53,504 nucleotides of DNA. Source: a virus. Within the stretch, counting starts at the first letter, position 1; the number at the start of each line of letters is the position of its first letter. The stretch is taken from IMG/VR virus record IMGVR_UViG_3300032883_000088; one strand, given 5' to 3'. Shown here piece after piece: positions 8,489 to 17,595 of the stretch. Both the position numbers and the translations under genes were made by a program. Under the pieces are notes generated by a model, which was given only the letters and a program-made list of their open reading frames with translations, was not told the origin of the DNA and did no database searches.

Positions 8489-8959
8489 CTATACTGCCTC
8501 CTTACACAAGGCCAGTAGGGAGAACCGTGCGTGTGGGCAACTTCCATACTTCCCCTTGGCGAAGTTGCAGTTCATACACAGCAATTGGAAGTTGTCCTTC
8601 GGACACCCGTTACGCCTCAGCCATAAATCCACCCGTGCGTTGTACCCCCTCCCCCTACCACTGATCCTCCTCCGGTGTGTGGCCCCGTCATTGTTTATGT
8701 GGTCAATCGTCAGGAACTCCGGCGTGTCCTCCCCGCAGCAAACACAGTGTCCACCGTAAGCGGCAAGAAGTTCCTTTCGACATCGCGCGTGGTACGCATT
8801 GTTCTTAGCCCGAACTGCGTGGACGTTTTTTCCCCGTCTTGCGCGTACCGCCGTGTTCTCACAATCTCGGCAGATACAATCACCCCGTTGGAGTTTTGAT
8901 GGACGGCAATTGTCTAATGACAACACGAACTTGCAATGCCGACAAACCTTACTGTCCAT
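8489..8959 (-). CDS. HNH endonuclease next to terminase and portal (packaging-associated type)
   Basis: CRHC, CRDC, LTIDHINNDG ... QLLCMNCNFAKG core. Confidence 0.8.
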   Translation of the reverse strand: MDSKVCRHCKFVLSLDNCRPSKLQRGDCICRDCENTAVRARRGKNVHAVRAKNNAYHARCRKELLAAYGGHCVCCGEDTPEFLTIDHINNDGATHRRRISGRGRGYNARVDLWLRRNGCPKDNFQLLCMNCNFAKGKYGSCPHARFSLLALCKEAV

Positions 8960-9335
8960 ACGTTACCCCCTCCGGGGTCGGCTCATCCGACTCGGTCCAC
9001 TTCGTCGGCCCCTCCGCCTGCGCCACCTCGCGCTGCCGGCCGGTCAACCCAAACTGTTGCGCCAAGTCCGCGTTTCCCATTGCAACCAGAGTCAGTTCGT
9101 GGAACCGATCCAGCACCGGCAACCACTCGCGCACTCCACCTCCGGGATTGGTGGGGACCTCCTCCGCGCGCGCTAAGGCCCGCGTATCACGTACCAGTGC
9201 CTCCAGCCGGTCCAACCGCGTCTCTATGCGATCCAGCACCGCCAGCGCGTGTGGGTCCCAATGCGCTACGAAAGGTTCAGCTCGTGTTGACTTTTTGCAC
9301 CACATATTCATCTCTCCGCGCGGCGTATCCCGCAC
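8949..9335 (-). CDS. Hypothetical protein (128 aa; 118 aa if ATG 9305 is used)
   Basis: ORF track. If the CCTATAAT box at 9338..9345 is functional the start is ATG 9305 (GGAGAG 6 nt upstream). Contains copy 1 of the 26-bp exact repeat. Confidence 0.5.
   Translation of the reverse strand: MRDTPRGEMNMWCKKSTRAEPFVAHWDPHALAVLDRIETRLDRLEALVRDTRALARAEEVPTNPGGGVREWLPVLDRFHELTLVAMGNADLAQQFGLTGRQREVAQAEGPTKWTESDEPTPEGVTYGQ
9145..9170. repeat. 26-bp exact direct repeat, copy 1 (ggattggtggggacctcctccgcgcg), identical to 35217..35242
   Basis: Compared base by base; identity ends on both sides, with partial similarity (ctta) a few bases further. Confidence 0.9.
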
Positions 9336-9337
9336 TG

Positions 9338-9366
9338 ATTATAGGCCCACAACCTCCCGAAATCTA
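9338..9366 (-). promoter_or_regulatory. Weak promoter candidate: CCTATAAT -10 box with poor -35 (TAGATT)
   Basis: Minus strand gtgggCCTATAATcag in the 28-bp gap 9336..9363. Confidence 0.3.
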
Positions 9367-9609
9367 CCCGTGCCACCAGGTCGCCGTCCCGCCCCTCCAC
9401 CGATCCGTGACCCAGTACAGAAGCGTTATCGACCACCCATCCGCAGGATACCAACAGTACCCTCGTGCGAAAACAGGCGGACCCCCGTACGGCGGACGTA
9501 GGTTCGAGAGGTTCACCAGCGTTTTCCCGAACCGTACCACCGATCGCGCAACTCCCCTCCTGATCTGCGTACGCGATCTCCGTTCAATCAAAATCGGCCC
9601 AATCCTCAT
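9364..9609 (-). CDS. Hypothetical Trp-rich protein (81 aa)
   Basis: ORF starts 2 nt after the terminase stop; no domain recognised. Confidence 0.4.
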   Translation of the reverse strand: MRIGPILIERRSRTQIRRGVARSVVRFGKTLVNLSNLRPPYGGPPVFARGYCWYPADGWSITLLYWVTDRWRGGTATWWHG

Positions 9610-9610
9610 C

Positions 9611-11494
9611 TCAATACCCGTCCTCTCCCTGGTAGTCCCACTCCGCCTCTTCGTGCATTGCGTCCTCCATCGCCTCCTGCGCCGCGGTCCACACCTCGTC
9701 CGTCAACCGCCCGCACGCTGCGACCGCGTCCAGGTTGCTGAACCCATCGGGATCGTGTAGGTTCCCCTTTCTGAGTTCCGCCACAGGGTCGTAGTCTTGG
9801 GCCACGCTAATGGCCACTGGGGGCGCGCCCTTTGCAATTTGCTGGTGCATAGCAAGTGTATCAAGAATATCGTCATGTTCCAATAACCCCATGTCGTTCG
9901 TGAATAGGCTGATCTGGTTCCAAAGTTCGCGGTAGGCCATCTCGGTCCCCCGGTCGCTCGGAATCTTTACGCGGTACTGATCGAACCGCCAACTCATCCC
10001 CTTTATCTTCTCCGCCTTGCTCAGCGAGTGGGGGAACTTTATCGGAATCACTGCCGGCATCGTGTGCGTTTCGCCCCCGCCGCACGCGGCCCCAAGTACC
10101 GGAGTCAAATCTAAGTGGAACCTCTCGAATGCCTCCATCTGCAACGGGTAGGCTTCGATCCCGATAACGTACACCTGCCATTTGACTGCCATCTCCCCAA
10201 TTATTTTTACAACCTCCGACCTTTGGGCCTTGCCTAACCAGGCATCCAGGGAATACAATGTGTTAGGATGGTCGGACCCTGATTCGAGGCCTAGAACATG
10301 AACCGCGCTAAAGTCCGAAAGTTCATTGACGGTTGGCGCATAGTCAACCGTGATAAACCGATACATCCCTCGTACTACGTCAGCAAACGGACGGAGCAAC
10401 TTACGCAATTTTGGGGCTACGGATGTACTGCCGTCCACGTTCGTAGTTGTCTCAAGCGATGTTACCTGGTGGGTAACGATCTTCGCATTCGATGACAGGG
10501 GCTTTGTGACCGCGGCCTCGTCCCGGTCCTCCAGAAAGTAGGTAGTCAGTTGCGGGTGCATTCGCAAAAGAACCTCATCCTCGGTGGACGGCTTATTGAG
10601 GCATTGCGCCGAGAAAGCGGAGGCCCCAAGCCTCTTTTTCTCGGATTCTATCCACTCTGGCCCCATCGCGGCCCAGTTAAGGTCGTGGACATTCATCAGC
10701 GTGCGATGGAAGAACTCCTTCACCCGCGGGTCCTCGGTGGAGTATAACCAGTAGATGAACATTTGCCGCGAGTACAACGTCCCGATCACGCGCATCGGAA
10801 CTATAGACCCCGGACTCCGCGCCATCGGAAGTAACCCGTTGAAGAAGAAGCTATGAAACCCCTGCCTTTCATCGGCCGGATTAACCACCTGGTCTTTACT
10901 TTTTTCAACGTCGTCAAGGACGATCAAGCCCGACGGCCGTGTTCCGAGGCTCGCACCTTTGATCGGTTTCGCAGCCAACTTGCAGCCAGTGGTTGTCTCC
11001 AATACCGAACCCCGGTTCCACGTACCAGACCCTTTTTTGGGCTTCAAGCGGCCAAAATCATCAATGATGCGTGCGTTGTTTTCAATCTGCCCCGCAACTC
11101 GTCCTAGCCGATCAGTACAAAACTCCCTAGTCGCAAGGAAGAGAGCGCATTGCCAATTCCTCCGTGAAACAAGGTTACGGAGAATGTCCTCCAGATTGAT
11201 TGTGGTCTTACACGTCCCACGCGGGCAGGCTGTGATAAGCCGAGGATATGAATACCAGTCGCGCACCCAACCGGCATGTGCCGGCGGAGATTCAACGAAA
11301 CCATCGGCGTACCATCCACTTTCCGGCGGCGTCAGGTAGTAATTTCGGAAATACTCCCACGACGTTACCTCCAGGTCCGCGTCCCCGCCCAGGCTTACGG
11401 CATTGACGCGGGCCATCCGCTGGCCACTCAGGTCCAATTCGTAATAGTCCGCGGGAAGCGGAAAGATCGGGGAGTCACGAAATACGACGGGCAC
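9611..11494 (-). CDS. terL: Terminase large subunit
   Basis: 627 aa; Walker A-like CPRGTCKT, Walker B LIVLDDVE, C-terminal nuclease-sized half; GTG start with GGAGG 5 nt upstream. Confidence 0.85.
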   Translation of the reverse strand: MPVVFRDSPIFPLPADYYELDLSGQRMARVNAVSLGGDADLEVTSWEYFRNYYLTPPESGWYADGFVESPPAHAGWVRDWYSYPRLITACPRGTCKTTINLEDILRNLVSRRNWQCALFLATREFCTDRLGRVAGQIENNARIIDDFGRLKPKKGSGTWNRGSVLETTTGCKLAAKPIKGASLGTRPSGLIVLDDVEKSKDQVVNPADERQGFHSFFFNGLLPMARSPGSIVPMRVIGTLYSRQMFIYWLYSTEDPRVKEFFHRTLMNVHDLNWAAMGPEWIESEKKRLGASAFSAQCLNKPSTEDEVLLRMHPQLTTYFLEDRDEAAVTKPLSSNAKIVTHQVTSLETTTNVDGSTSVAPKLRKLLRPFADVVRGMYRFITVDYAPTVNELSDFSAVHVLGLESGSDHPNTLYSLDAWLGKAQRSEVVKIIGEMAVKWQVYVIGIEAYPLQMEAFERFHLDLTPVLGAACGGGETHTMPAVIPIKFPHSLSKAEKIKGMSWRFDQYRVKIPSDRGTEMAYRELWNQISLFTNDMGLLEHDDILDTLAMHQQIAKGAPPVAISVAQDYDPVAELRKGNLHDPDGFSNLDAVAACGRLTDEVWTAAQEAMEDAMHEEAEWDYQGEDGY

Positions 11495-12466
11495 TTAGAC
11501 CTCCGCCGTAATTATCGAATAAAGGGCGCACGAGCCGGCCAGCATAACCAGGGCCTTGTACTGTTGCTCCTCGCCCATACAGTTTCCGTTGTGGAACGTC
11601 AATACCGTGCGGCGCACCTGTGCGAGGAACTTCGGATGCAGGATGATCGTACGGAACAGTTCGGTAAACCGATCTTGCATCTCTATGGGCCACTCTTGGA
11701 ACGCCGCGCGTGGGCAGAGGCCCTGCCAGAACCGGCGGAAGTCCTTGAGCGGCGTCTTGCGTTGGATGAACGCCTGCATCCGCGCGAGGTTCGGGTCCCC
11801 CGGCTCAAATGGGTCGGGGGGCAGGACTTCGTCAACCCCGTCCCCCGCAAGGTCGTCGTCATCGTCGTCAGGAACGGACGCATCGGCCAGTGCAATCTCT
11901 TTGTCCGTCAGTTCGCAATCGAAGTTCTTTGTCTCGGCTAGCGCCGAACTGCTCTCCTCCTCCCGCGTTTCAACGGCGGCATCCCGCGCGGCCAGGAGTT
12001 CGACAAGTTTGTCCACCCCCTTCGCAAGTTGGGCCTGCCCGTCTTCCATCCGCGTAATCCGCGCCTCAAACGCGGTCTGGGTTTCGTAAATTTTGTCTAT
12101 GGCGGGGGCTATCCCGTCCTCGGCACTAGGTGCCGGGGGCGAGGTGGTCCGGCGTGCCCGTAACGGTTTCCCACTTGGCCGCGCGACGGCGGGGGCCTTT
12201 GGGGGGGACGCAGCTACCTTCTCCACAAGGTGATCCGCTAGGTCCTGATCGGCCAACTTCTGGTTCTTCGCGTGCCGTTCGGCTTCCGCATCCAGTTGGC
12301 GCTGGCGGAGGCTGGCCCTCTTGAACTCCTCGCGCGATAGGGTCGGTACACCCTCGTCCAACTGCCCCACCCGTACCGGGATCGGGGTTTCGGAATCGCC
12401 TAAGAACGCCTCGGTCGCTGACTGAAAGACCATTTGCGGGTTTTTCCCGGCTTGAAGATCGTCCAT
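11495..12466 (-). CDS. Hypothetical acidic/coiled-coil protein (323 aa); positional candidate for small terminase or packaging accessory
   Basis: Stop codon abuts the terL start; GCAGGAGGA 4 nt upstream of the ATG; function unproven. Confidence 0.55.
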   Translation of the reverse strand: MDDLQAGKNPQMVFQSATEAFLGDSETPIPVRVGQLDEGVPTLSREEFKRASLRQRQLDAEAERHAKNQKLADQDLADHLVEKVAASPPKAPAVARPSGKPLRARRTTSPPAPSAEDGIAPAIDKIYETQTAFEARITRMEDGQAQLAKGVDKLVELLAARDAAVETREEESSSALAETKNFDCELTDKEIALADASVPDDDDDDLAGDGVDEVLPPDPFEPGDPNLARMQAFIQRKTPLKDFRRFWQGLCPRAAFQEWPIEMQDRFTELFRTIILHPKFLAQVRRTVLTFHNGNCMGEEQQYKALVMLAGSCALYSIITAEV

Positions 12467-12553
12467 TTGTTCCTCCTGCGTTTGGATTCTCTAACACTGC
12501 ATCGATGGTCGATGCGGCGCACGTCCCGAACTTCCTTAACACCCCCAACGTCG

Positions 12554-12748
12554 TCACGACTTCATCGCATCCTTGGCCAAATTGCGTTTTGGCCTCGGCT
12601 TACCCCCGCGCGCCTTGCTCAACGCGGCGGCGACGGCCATCAGGTTCTTCTTTTTACGCGACTTGCCCTTGGCGAACGTCTCGGAGTGCATCATCTCACG
12701 GATGTTCTCGCTCACGACCTCTTTACCCTTGCCTTCGTGTAGTGGCAC
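12554..12748 (-). CDS. Small Lys-rich protein (64 aa)
   Basis: GTG 12748 with AAGGAG 7 nt upstream; HEGKGKEVVSENIREM..GKSRKKKNLMAVAAALSKARGG. Confidence 0.5.
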   Translation of the reverse strand: MPLHEGKGKEVVSENIREMMHSETFAKGKSRKKKNLMAVAAALSKARGGKPRPKRNLAKDAMKS

Positions 12749-12902
12749 GTTTACGCTCCTTTGGATGTGGCGAGGCTGGGGGCTTCGATTGACACCATAC
12801 ACACGCCGACTTCTTCAACTGTCTCTCCCTGGCCGTTACCCCATAGAATACGTACACTTGCCTACAGGTTGGGCACAGGATTGTCCGTTCATCCCAACCC
12901 AT
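12723..12902 (-). CDS. Zinc-ribbon protein (59 aa)
   Basis: CPTC ... CVWC; TGATG stop/start overlap with the upstream gene. Confidence 0.5.
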   Translation of the reverse strand: MGWDERTILCPTCRQVYVFYGVTARERQLKKSACVWCQSKPPASPHPKERKRATTRRQG

Positions 12903-13141
12903 CAATACCCCCCGGTCGTGGGTAGGTCCGTACCTTTACCCGCGGCCATACTGGTTCGGCGACCGCGTAGTTTCTTTAACCCCGCGACCAGCCGACCCAT
13001 CTTTCCGACCTTGCCCGCGGCGTTGTTCATGGGGCCTTCCCCGATGGGCATACTCTGCGCGCCCGGCTGCGGAATATTCTGTGCCCGTGCTTCCGGTTTA
13101 GAGCTACGCACCTTGGGCTTAGGTTTCCGGTATCCCGCCAT
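12902..13141 (-). CDS. Small basic protein (79 aa)
   Basis: ORF track; Lys/Arg/Gly/Pro-rich. Confidence 0.45.
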   Translation of the reverse strand: MAGYRKPKPKVRSSKPEARAQNIPQPGAQSMPIGEGPMNNAAGKVGKMGRLVAGLKKLRGRRTSMAAGKGTDLPTTGGY

Positions 13142-13144
13142 AGT

Positions 13145-13435
13145 TCACCATTGCCCCACCGCGCGGTGCGGTTTGCCGGCGTAATACATCCCCACCGTCG
13201 TCGAGCACCTGGGGCATTCGCTCTCTTCCAACTCGTACGTCAACAGGTCCCGCAACGGGAACATAGCCCCACACGCTACGCACTCCACAGTCTGCGAATC
13301 CGGCTCCGACAACTTGAACATGGTCGCTATGGGCGTAAACGGCAACGACGGCGGCAGCTGTTCCTCCATTTTCTTCTTCCACACCCTGCAAACTCTCCTT
13401 CTGTGCATCTGGTCTAGTGCTACGCACCTACGCAT
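13145..13435 (-). CDS. Zinc-ribbon protein (96 aa)
   Basis: ECVACG ... CPRC; AGGAG 4 nt upstream of ATG 13435. Confidence 0.5.
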   Translation of the reverse strand: MRRCVALDQMHRRRVCRVWKKKMEEQLPPSLPFTPIATMFKLSEPDSQTVECVACGAMFPLRDLLTYELEESECPRCSTTVGMYYAGKPHRAVGQW

Positions 13436-14045
13436 TCCGCTCCTGGGTGTAGTTCTCCCCCTCTAACTCCCTGCGGCGTCGGGCGTATCGCTGTTGCAGC
13501 CCTTCTCTCTTCCCGCTGGTTTTTCCCCACATATATTGCGCGTCCTGTAGGTTTACGTCAACCCCGGCAGATGCTTCGGGGGACATCTTCATCGCGGCAG
13601 TAGCAGCGGTCTCGTCGAGTTTCTGCCGCCGGTATTTATCCAAGGCGGTTCCAATGTCCAATCCCACAGAAGCCCCACCAAGTAAACCCCGGAGAGTACC
13701 GGAGAAGGAGGAGTTGGGTACCATCGCGGCTCCCTTAAGCAGCGCCTGTGAAATACTCTGTCCACGTTGCTCCTCCGGCGATACTTTCCCTAATTTGCCC
13801 CCGCCGGCCGAGGTATCAGGCTTTGGGGGTTTTGCGAACTGCGTGCGCTTGGCAGTCGTGGGTTGCGGAGTCGCTTCATCCTCCGGCTTAGTTGAGACGC
13901 CGCGCATTTTCTCGGCGGATCGCATCGCGCGTTCGACCATCGTACTGTTCTCGCCTGACGGCGAACTGTCGGCCGGGAAGTTCTTACGCTTGCGCGTGCG
14001 GCCCGCGGTAATTGAGTTCGGCGACTGCCCGTAGTTCTCGTCCAT
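13428..14045 (-). CDS. Hypothetical low-complexity protein (205 aa)
   Basis: ORF track; TAATG overlap with the upstream gene. Confidence 0.5.
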   Translation of the reverse strand: MDENYGQSPNSITAGRTRKRKNFPADSSPSGENSTMVERAMRSAEKMRGVSTKPEDEATPQPTTAKRTQFAKPPKPDTSAGGGKLGKVSPEEQRGQSISQALLKGAAMVPNSSFSGTLRGLLGGASVGLDIGTALDKYRRQKLDETAATAAMKMSPEASAGVDVNLQDAQYMWGKTSGKREGLQQRYARRRRELEGENYTQERNA

Positions 14046-14338
14046 TAGAGCCTCAAACTGTCTGCCCAGCTAAAAGCTGCTTGGCTCAACGCCATCTGGC
14101 CGGCCATCTTCTGCTCCCGGTACGCATTCAGGGCCTCCATCAATTGGCCCATGCGCCGGTGCCCACCAGGATACCGCTCCTCATTCTCGCGCTGTTGCTG
14201 CTTCTCCTGTTCCTTCTTCTTCTGCGAATCCGAAAGGAACCCCATCCCCCCGCCGATACCGGCTCCTATAGCGGTCCCCATCCCCGCCGACATCCCCCCA
14301 CCCGATACCGCACCCACCGCCAGCGGTGAAATGGCCAT
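14045..14338 (-). CDS. Glycine-zipper membrane protein (97 aa)
   Basis: N-terminus GAVSGGGMSAGMGTAIGAGIGGGMG, then a Lys/Glu/Gln-rich tail. Confidence 0.45.
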   Translation of the reverse strand: MAISPLAVGAVSGGGMSAGMGTAIGAGIGGGMGFLSDSQKKKEQEKQQQRENEERYPGGHRRMGQLMEALNAYREQKMAGQMALSQAAFSWADSLRL

Positions 14339-14339
14339 A

Positions 14340-14534
14340 CTACACCCGATCCCTTTCGATCGCGGGTTGAGTCATGCGCATCCCCTCTTTCAACTGCTCC
14401 ATCTGGATGAGCGCCTTCCAGCAATTAGACCCAATCAACCAACCCACGTAGTTTACGCACCGATCGCACGTGGATGGTAGGCATACCCCAACGGCCATTC
14501 CGATCACCAACCCCAGCGCAATCCACCTGCGCAT
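14340..14534 (-). CDS. Small membrane protein with an N-terminal TM helix (64 aa)
   Basis: WIALGLVIGMAVGVCL; ATG 14534 chosen (TAAGG 5 nt upstream); the track ORF extends to 14726, overlapping the previous gene. Confidence 0.4.
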   Translation of the reverse strand: MRRWIALGLVIGMAVGVCLPSTCDRCVNYVGWLIGSNCWKALIQMEQLKEGMRMTQPAIERDRV

Positions 14535-14541
14535 TTTCGCC

Positions 14542-14910
14542 TTACCGTGGGCCATAGAGTTTTTCCCAGGACTTCCATTGCGCCGACCCCGGCTCCCAAG
14601 GATTTGTTTTCCCAGTCCTCGGATTCGTACTTCCAACTTGGGTTTGTGGTTGAGATTGCCGCTGCGGCCTCTGCACCGGATTTTGTGCCTGCGACGCTGC
14701 TCGGTTCTGTCCGGCCGTTGCCCCAACCGGGGGGGCTACGTTCCCCATCGCGCCCGGCGGGGGTTTCCAGTTTGGATTCGCGGTCGGCATTCCACCCAGC
14801 CCCGTGAGCGCCCCGCTGTCCGCGCCCGCGGGCATTCCCCCCTTTAGGCTCGACTTCCTCTTGGCCAAGAGGTCAGTCAACGCGCTACCGAGATTGGGGT
14901 CAAGCGCCAT
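14542..14910 (-). CDS. Pro/Gln/Gly-rich protein (122 aa)
   Basis: ORF track. Confidence 0.45.
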   Translation of the reverse strand: MALDPNLGSALTDLLAKRKSSLKGGMPAGADSGALTGLGGMPTANPNWKPPPGAMGNVAPPVGATAGQNRAASQAQNPVQRPQRQSQPQTQVGSTNPRTGKTNPWEPGSAQWKSWEKLYGPR

Positions 14911-15184
14911 TATGCTTACTATTCCTCTTCTCGGCTAGCGCCGAACTGCTTTCGCTCATTATCCTCCGCGGTCTCAGGACATGCTGGTAGATCATAGCCC
15001 CGGCAAGGGAGGCTATTGGGAGCAGGACCAACCCCGCTATCGCCAACCACAGGGCCACTGAATCCCCACCCCCTCCAATGTCCCCTGTCGTTGTCTCCTT
15101 CCAAACCGCCTTCGTTGTTGGGTTGACATGGCATCCGCTCACCAGCGGCAAGTACAAACTCAGAAGCAGCAACAAACGCATCAT
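14900..15184 (-). CDS. Lipoprotein with a C-terminal transmembrane helix (94 aa)
   Basis: MMRLLLLLSLYLPLVSGC (signal + lipobox) and VALWLAIAGLVLLPIASLAGAMIY. Confidence 0.6.
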   Translation of the reverse strand: MMRLLLLLSLYLPLVSGCHVNPTTKAVWKETTTGDIGGGGDSVALWLAIAGLVLLPIASLAGAMIYQHVLRPRRIMSESSSALAEKRNSKHNGA

Positions 15185-15193
15185 TTGATCGGC

Positions 15194-15424
15194 TCACGAC
15201 GGTTTTCTCTTTCCCAGCGCCTCTGTCAATCGGTCCCTTAGTTTCTTGAGGCGCGCCTTTTTTACCGCATCCGGTTCGTCTGGAACATCGTTGGGGTCCT
15301 CATCCGGCTCCTCGGTTGGTTCCTCATCTTCCTCTTCGTCAGGCATATCGCCCTCCCCCGTAGGATCAGGCGTGTACTCCATCACACCGGGAAAATACCA
15401 CCACGGGAATGCTTTATTCGGCAT
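15194..15424 (-). CDS. Highly acidic small protein (76 aa)
   Basis: DMPDEEEDEEPTEEPDEDPNDVPDEPD run followed by a basic tail. Confidence 0.5.
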   Translation of the reverse strand: MPNKAFPWWYFPGVMEYTPDPTGEGDMPDEEEDEEPTEEPDEDPNDVPDEPDAVKKARLKKLRDRLTEALGKRKPS

Positions 15425-15548
15425 TGGGCAATCCTATGGTTGATGCCAAAACCGCGAGGGGAAGTTCGGATACGCGGGGTTACACCTGCAACCGATTCCC
15501 CAAACCACGCACGCAATTACCCATAGGATTACGTACGCCAGGAACACC

Positions 15549-16046
15549 TTAGTTCGGAGCCTTAACCGCATCGCTATTCCCGCCTGCGACAGGCTGCGGA
15601 ACAACAACCGCCGGCCGCACGATCGGGACCCCCAACGCGGCCCCGGCTACTTGTCCCAGTGCACCGACGAGGTTGTTCACCATGCCCGTCGTCATCTGGG
15701 TCTGCGCCGTAAGCGCGGCCATCTGCATCGCGTAGAACGCCTCCATCGTGCGTGCGCGCTCAGTCTCCGCGGCAATGACCGGCGACGGACTGGAGTTGAC
15801 TTCCGCGTCAATGTCCAACGCGCCCGTGGCGGGGTCATACTTGGCCTTGACCTTCCCACTCATCTCGGTGCCGGCCTCTAGTACGACGTTGCTCCCGTGC
15901 TTCTCAATCCGCAGGCGCGGGTTGCTCAACTTGGCCGCGTTCTGCGGCGAGGACATGAACGCACACCCCGCTATCGGACACCCCTGCAACGCGGTTAGCA
16001 GGCTGATGATGAGAGTCAGGTCGATCACCTTCAATGTTCGCTTCAT
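15549..16046 (-). CDS. Lipoprotein (165 aa)
   Basis: ATG 16046 with AAGGAG 8 nt upstream; signal + lipobox LLTALQGC; the track start 16178 is an upstream extension. Confidence 0.6.
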   Translation of the reverse strand: MKRTLKVIDLTLIISLLTALQGCPIAGCAFMSSPQNAAKLSNPRLRIEKHGSNVVLEAGTEMSGKVKAKYDPATGALDIDAEVNSSPSPVIAAETERARTMEAFYAMQMAALTAQTQMTTGMVNNLVGALGQVAGAALGVPIVRPAVVVPQPVAGGNSDAVKAPN

Positions 16047-16092
16047 ACGCACTTCTCCTTCTGTATATTGTAGGCACGCACTGTGCCGAAGT

Positions 16093-16863
16093 CTACCCAG
16101 CGTCCGATAACTGCGCGGGTTTTTTGACCCCATAATAGTCCAGCACGGCCTGCTCCTCACGGGCCAAGCGGTCATCATCCTCCCGGCGAGCCTCCTGTTC
16201 TGCGCGTAACGCGGCTTCGGCCTCCGGGCCTTCCCCTAGTTGCCGCACCCTCTTCTTTCGGGGCTTGCGTTCCCGCGTGTACTTGTGCTTTTCTTCCTTG
16301 CCGTCCTTTTCCATCTTGCTGAGCCAGTTTTTCATGCGCTTCGGGTCGTTTCTGGCCTTTGCCAGCCCCACGAGCGCTTTTGCCCGTAGGCGTGTGTGGG
16401 CAAGGGTGAACGCCTCCGCAGAATTGTTTCCCTCCTGAACCGCCAACTCGTACTCACGCTCCCAGGCCGGCCCTCCCGCCGGAGCACCGGGGGATTCTGA
16501 TTTGACTCTACGGAGGCAGCGGGGGTGGTAGAGAGAATGCCCTCGCGTACCAGCCCCGTACTCGGCCAGGATTTCGTCGGGGGACCGAGGATTAGCTACG
16601 AAGTCATGCGTTGTGGGGTTGTACTCCAACTCACGTCCAAAGGCCCAGCGGGCCAGCGATAACCCATTCTGCCACTTGGCCGTTATCCAACAGGCGTACA
16701 TGGGGTCCATTGGTTCACCACACGCCCCGCACCGCCCCTCTTGTATGTCATACTGTGCTACTTTACACCGGTAAAGGGCTTCCACCTGGTCACGCTTCGT
16801 GTACCCGTTCCTTCCCCCTCGACGTACCGCACCGACGCCGTTGTTCCACAGGGCCTTTGTCAT
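16093..16863 (-). CDS. Hypothetical protein, Cys/His-rich N-terminal half, Lys/Arg/Glu-rich C-terminal half (256 aa)
   Basis: ATGA overlap with the HNH stop fixes ATG 16863; CGACGEP, HSLYHPRC. Confidence 0.55.
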   Translation of the reverse strand: MTKALWNNGVGAVRRGGRNGYTKRDQVEALYRCKVAQYDIQEGRCGACGEPMDPMYACWITAKWQNGLSLARWAFGRELEYNPTTHDFVANPRSPDEILAEYGAGTRGHSLYHPRCLRRVKSESPGAPAGGPAWEREYELAVQEGNNSAEAFTLAHTRLRAKALVGLAKARNDPKRMKNWLSKMEKDGKEEKHKYTRERKPRKKRVRQLGEGPEAEAALRAEQEARREDDDRLAREEQAVLDYYGVKKPAQLSDAG

Positions 16864-17408
16864 CTTCGTAGTCCCTTTCTCCATTGCTTCCGGGTGTGAA
16901 CACGATGGCAATAAGCGCACAGTACGTCGCACTTGGCGATCTCAACCACGAGTTCGTCCCAAGGAAGATCATAATTATCACAAATCTGGAAGCACTTGGT
17001 CGCTGGATCGCGGTGGTGGAGGTCTAGGCCATCGGGATCATTGTGCCCAACGCAGCCCGGCCATTGGCACCCCATGTACGCCTTGTAGGCTTGCACCCTC
17101 CTATAGTTCTCGTTTGGATGATCTACCGGAGGCTTTGGGTGCATCAAAGCCCGTCTGGCTGCTCTCTGGGCCTCTTTCTTGGCTTCCTTGCACTCAAGCC
17201 TTTCCACCTCACGGTAGTAATCCTGGACGCTTGATAGGTGATCGAACCGGCCGTCATGGTCAGTGGCGCGCTTCTTGGGGCTTTCTATCCAACGACGGGC
17301 CAGCGCTTCAATCGGGAGTTCGATCAGGTCCGTTACCCTGCTCAGGGTTTGTTCCGTTTCCATACCCGTTCTAGGCCCCGAAAAGGGCATAGTCAAGCCG
17401 GGACGCAT
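16860..17408 (-). CDS. HNH endonuclease (third member of the HH-DP subfamily)
   Basis: CQWPGC ... LDLHHRDPATK ... LCAYCHRVH. Confidence 0.75.
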   Translation of the reverse strand: MRPGLTMPFSGPRTGMETEQTLSRVTDLIELPIEALARRWIESPKKRATDHDGRFDHLSSVQDYYREVERLECKEAKKEAQRAARRALMHPKPPVDHPNENYRRVQAYKAYMGCQWPGCVGHNDPDGLDLHHRDPATKCFQICDNYDLPWDELVVEIAKCDVLCAYCHRVHTRKQWRKGLRR

Positions 17409-17595
17409 AAAAAACTTGCGATCCGATCAAGGCACCCCCCTAAAGACTTTGGAAGGTGCAGCCTGCTGTGATGGGGTTCGAGGCGGTAAGTCGTCGCGGA
17501 AGAGGAAAGAACAGGCCGGGCAGCGCATGAACAACCCGAACGCGACCGGGCTGGGGCAATCGCACTTCATCCACTCAACCTGCGCCCCGCGGGGT

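Noticed and set aside
14900-15184. Calling the 94-aa lipoprotein with a C-terminal anchor a unimolecular spanin
   Set aside because: The predicted periplasmic linker between the lipidated Cys and the TM helix is only about 25 residues, too short to span a periplasm. I kept it as a topology observation only.
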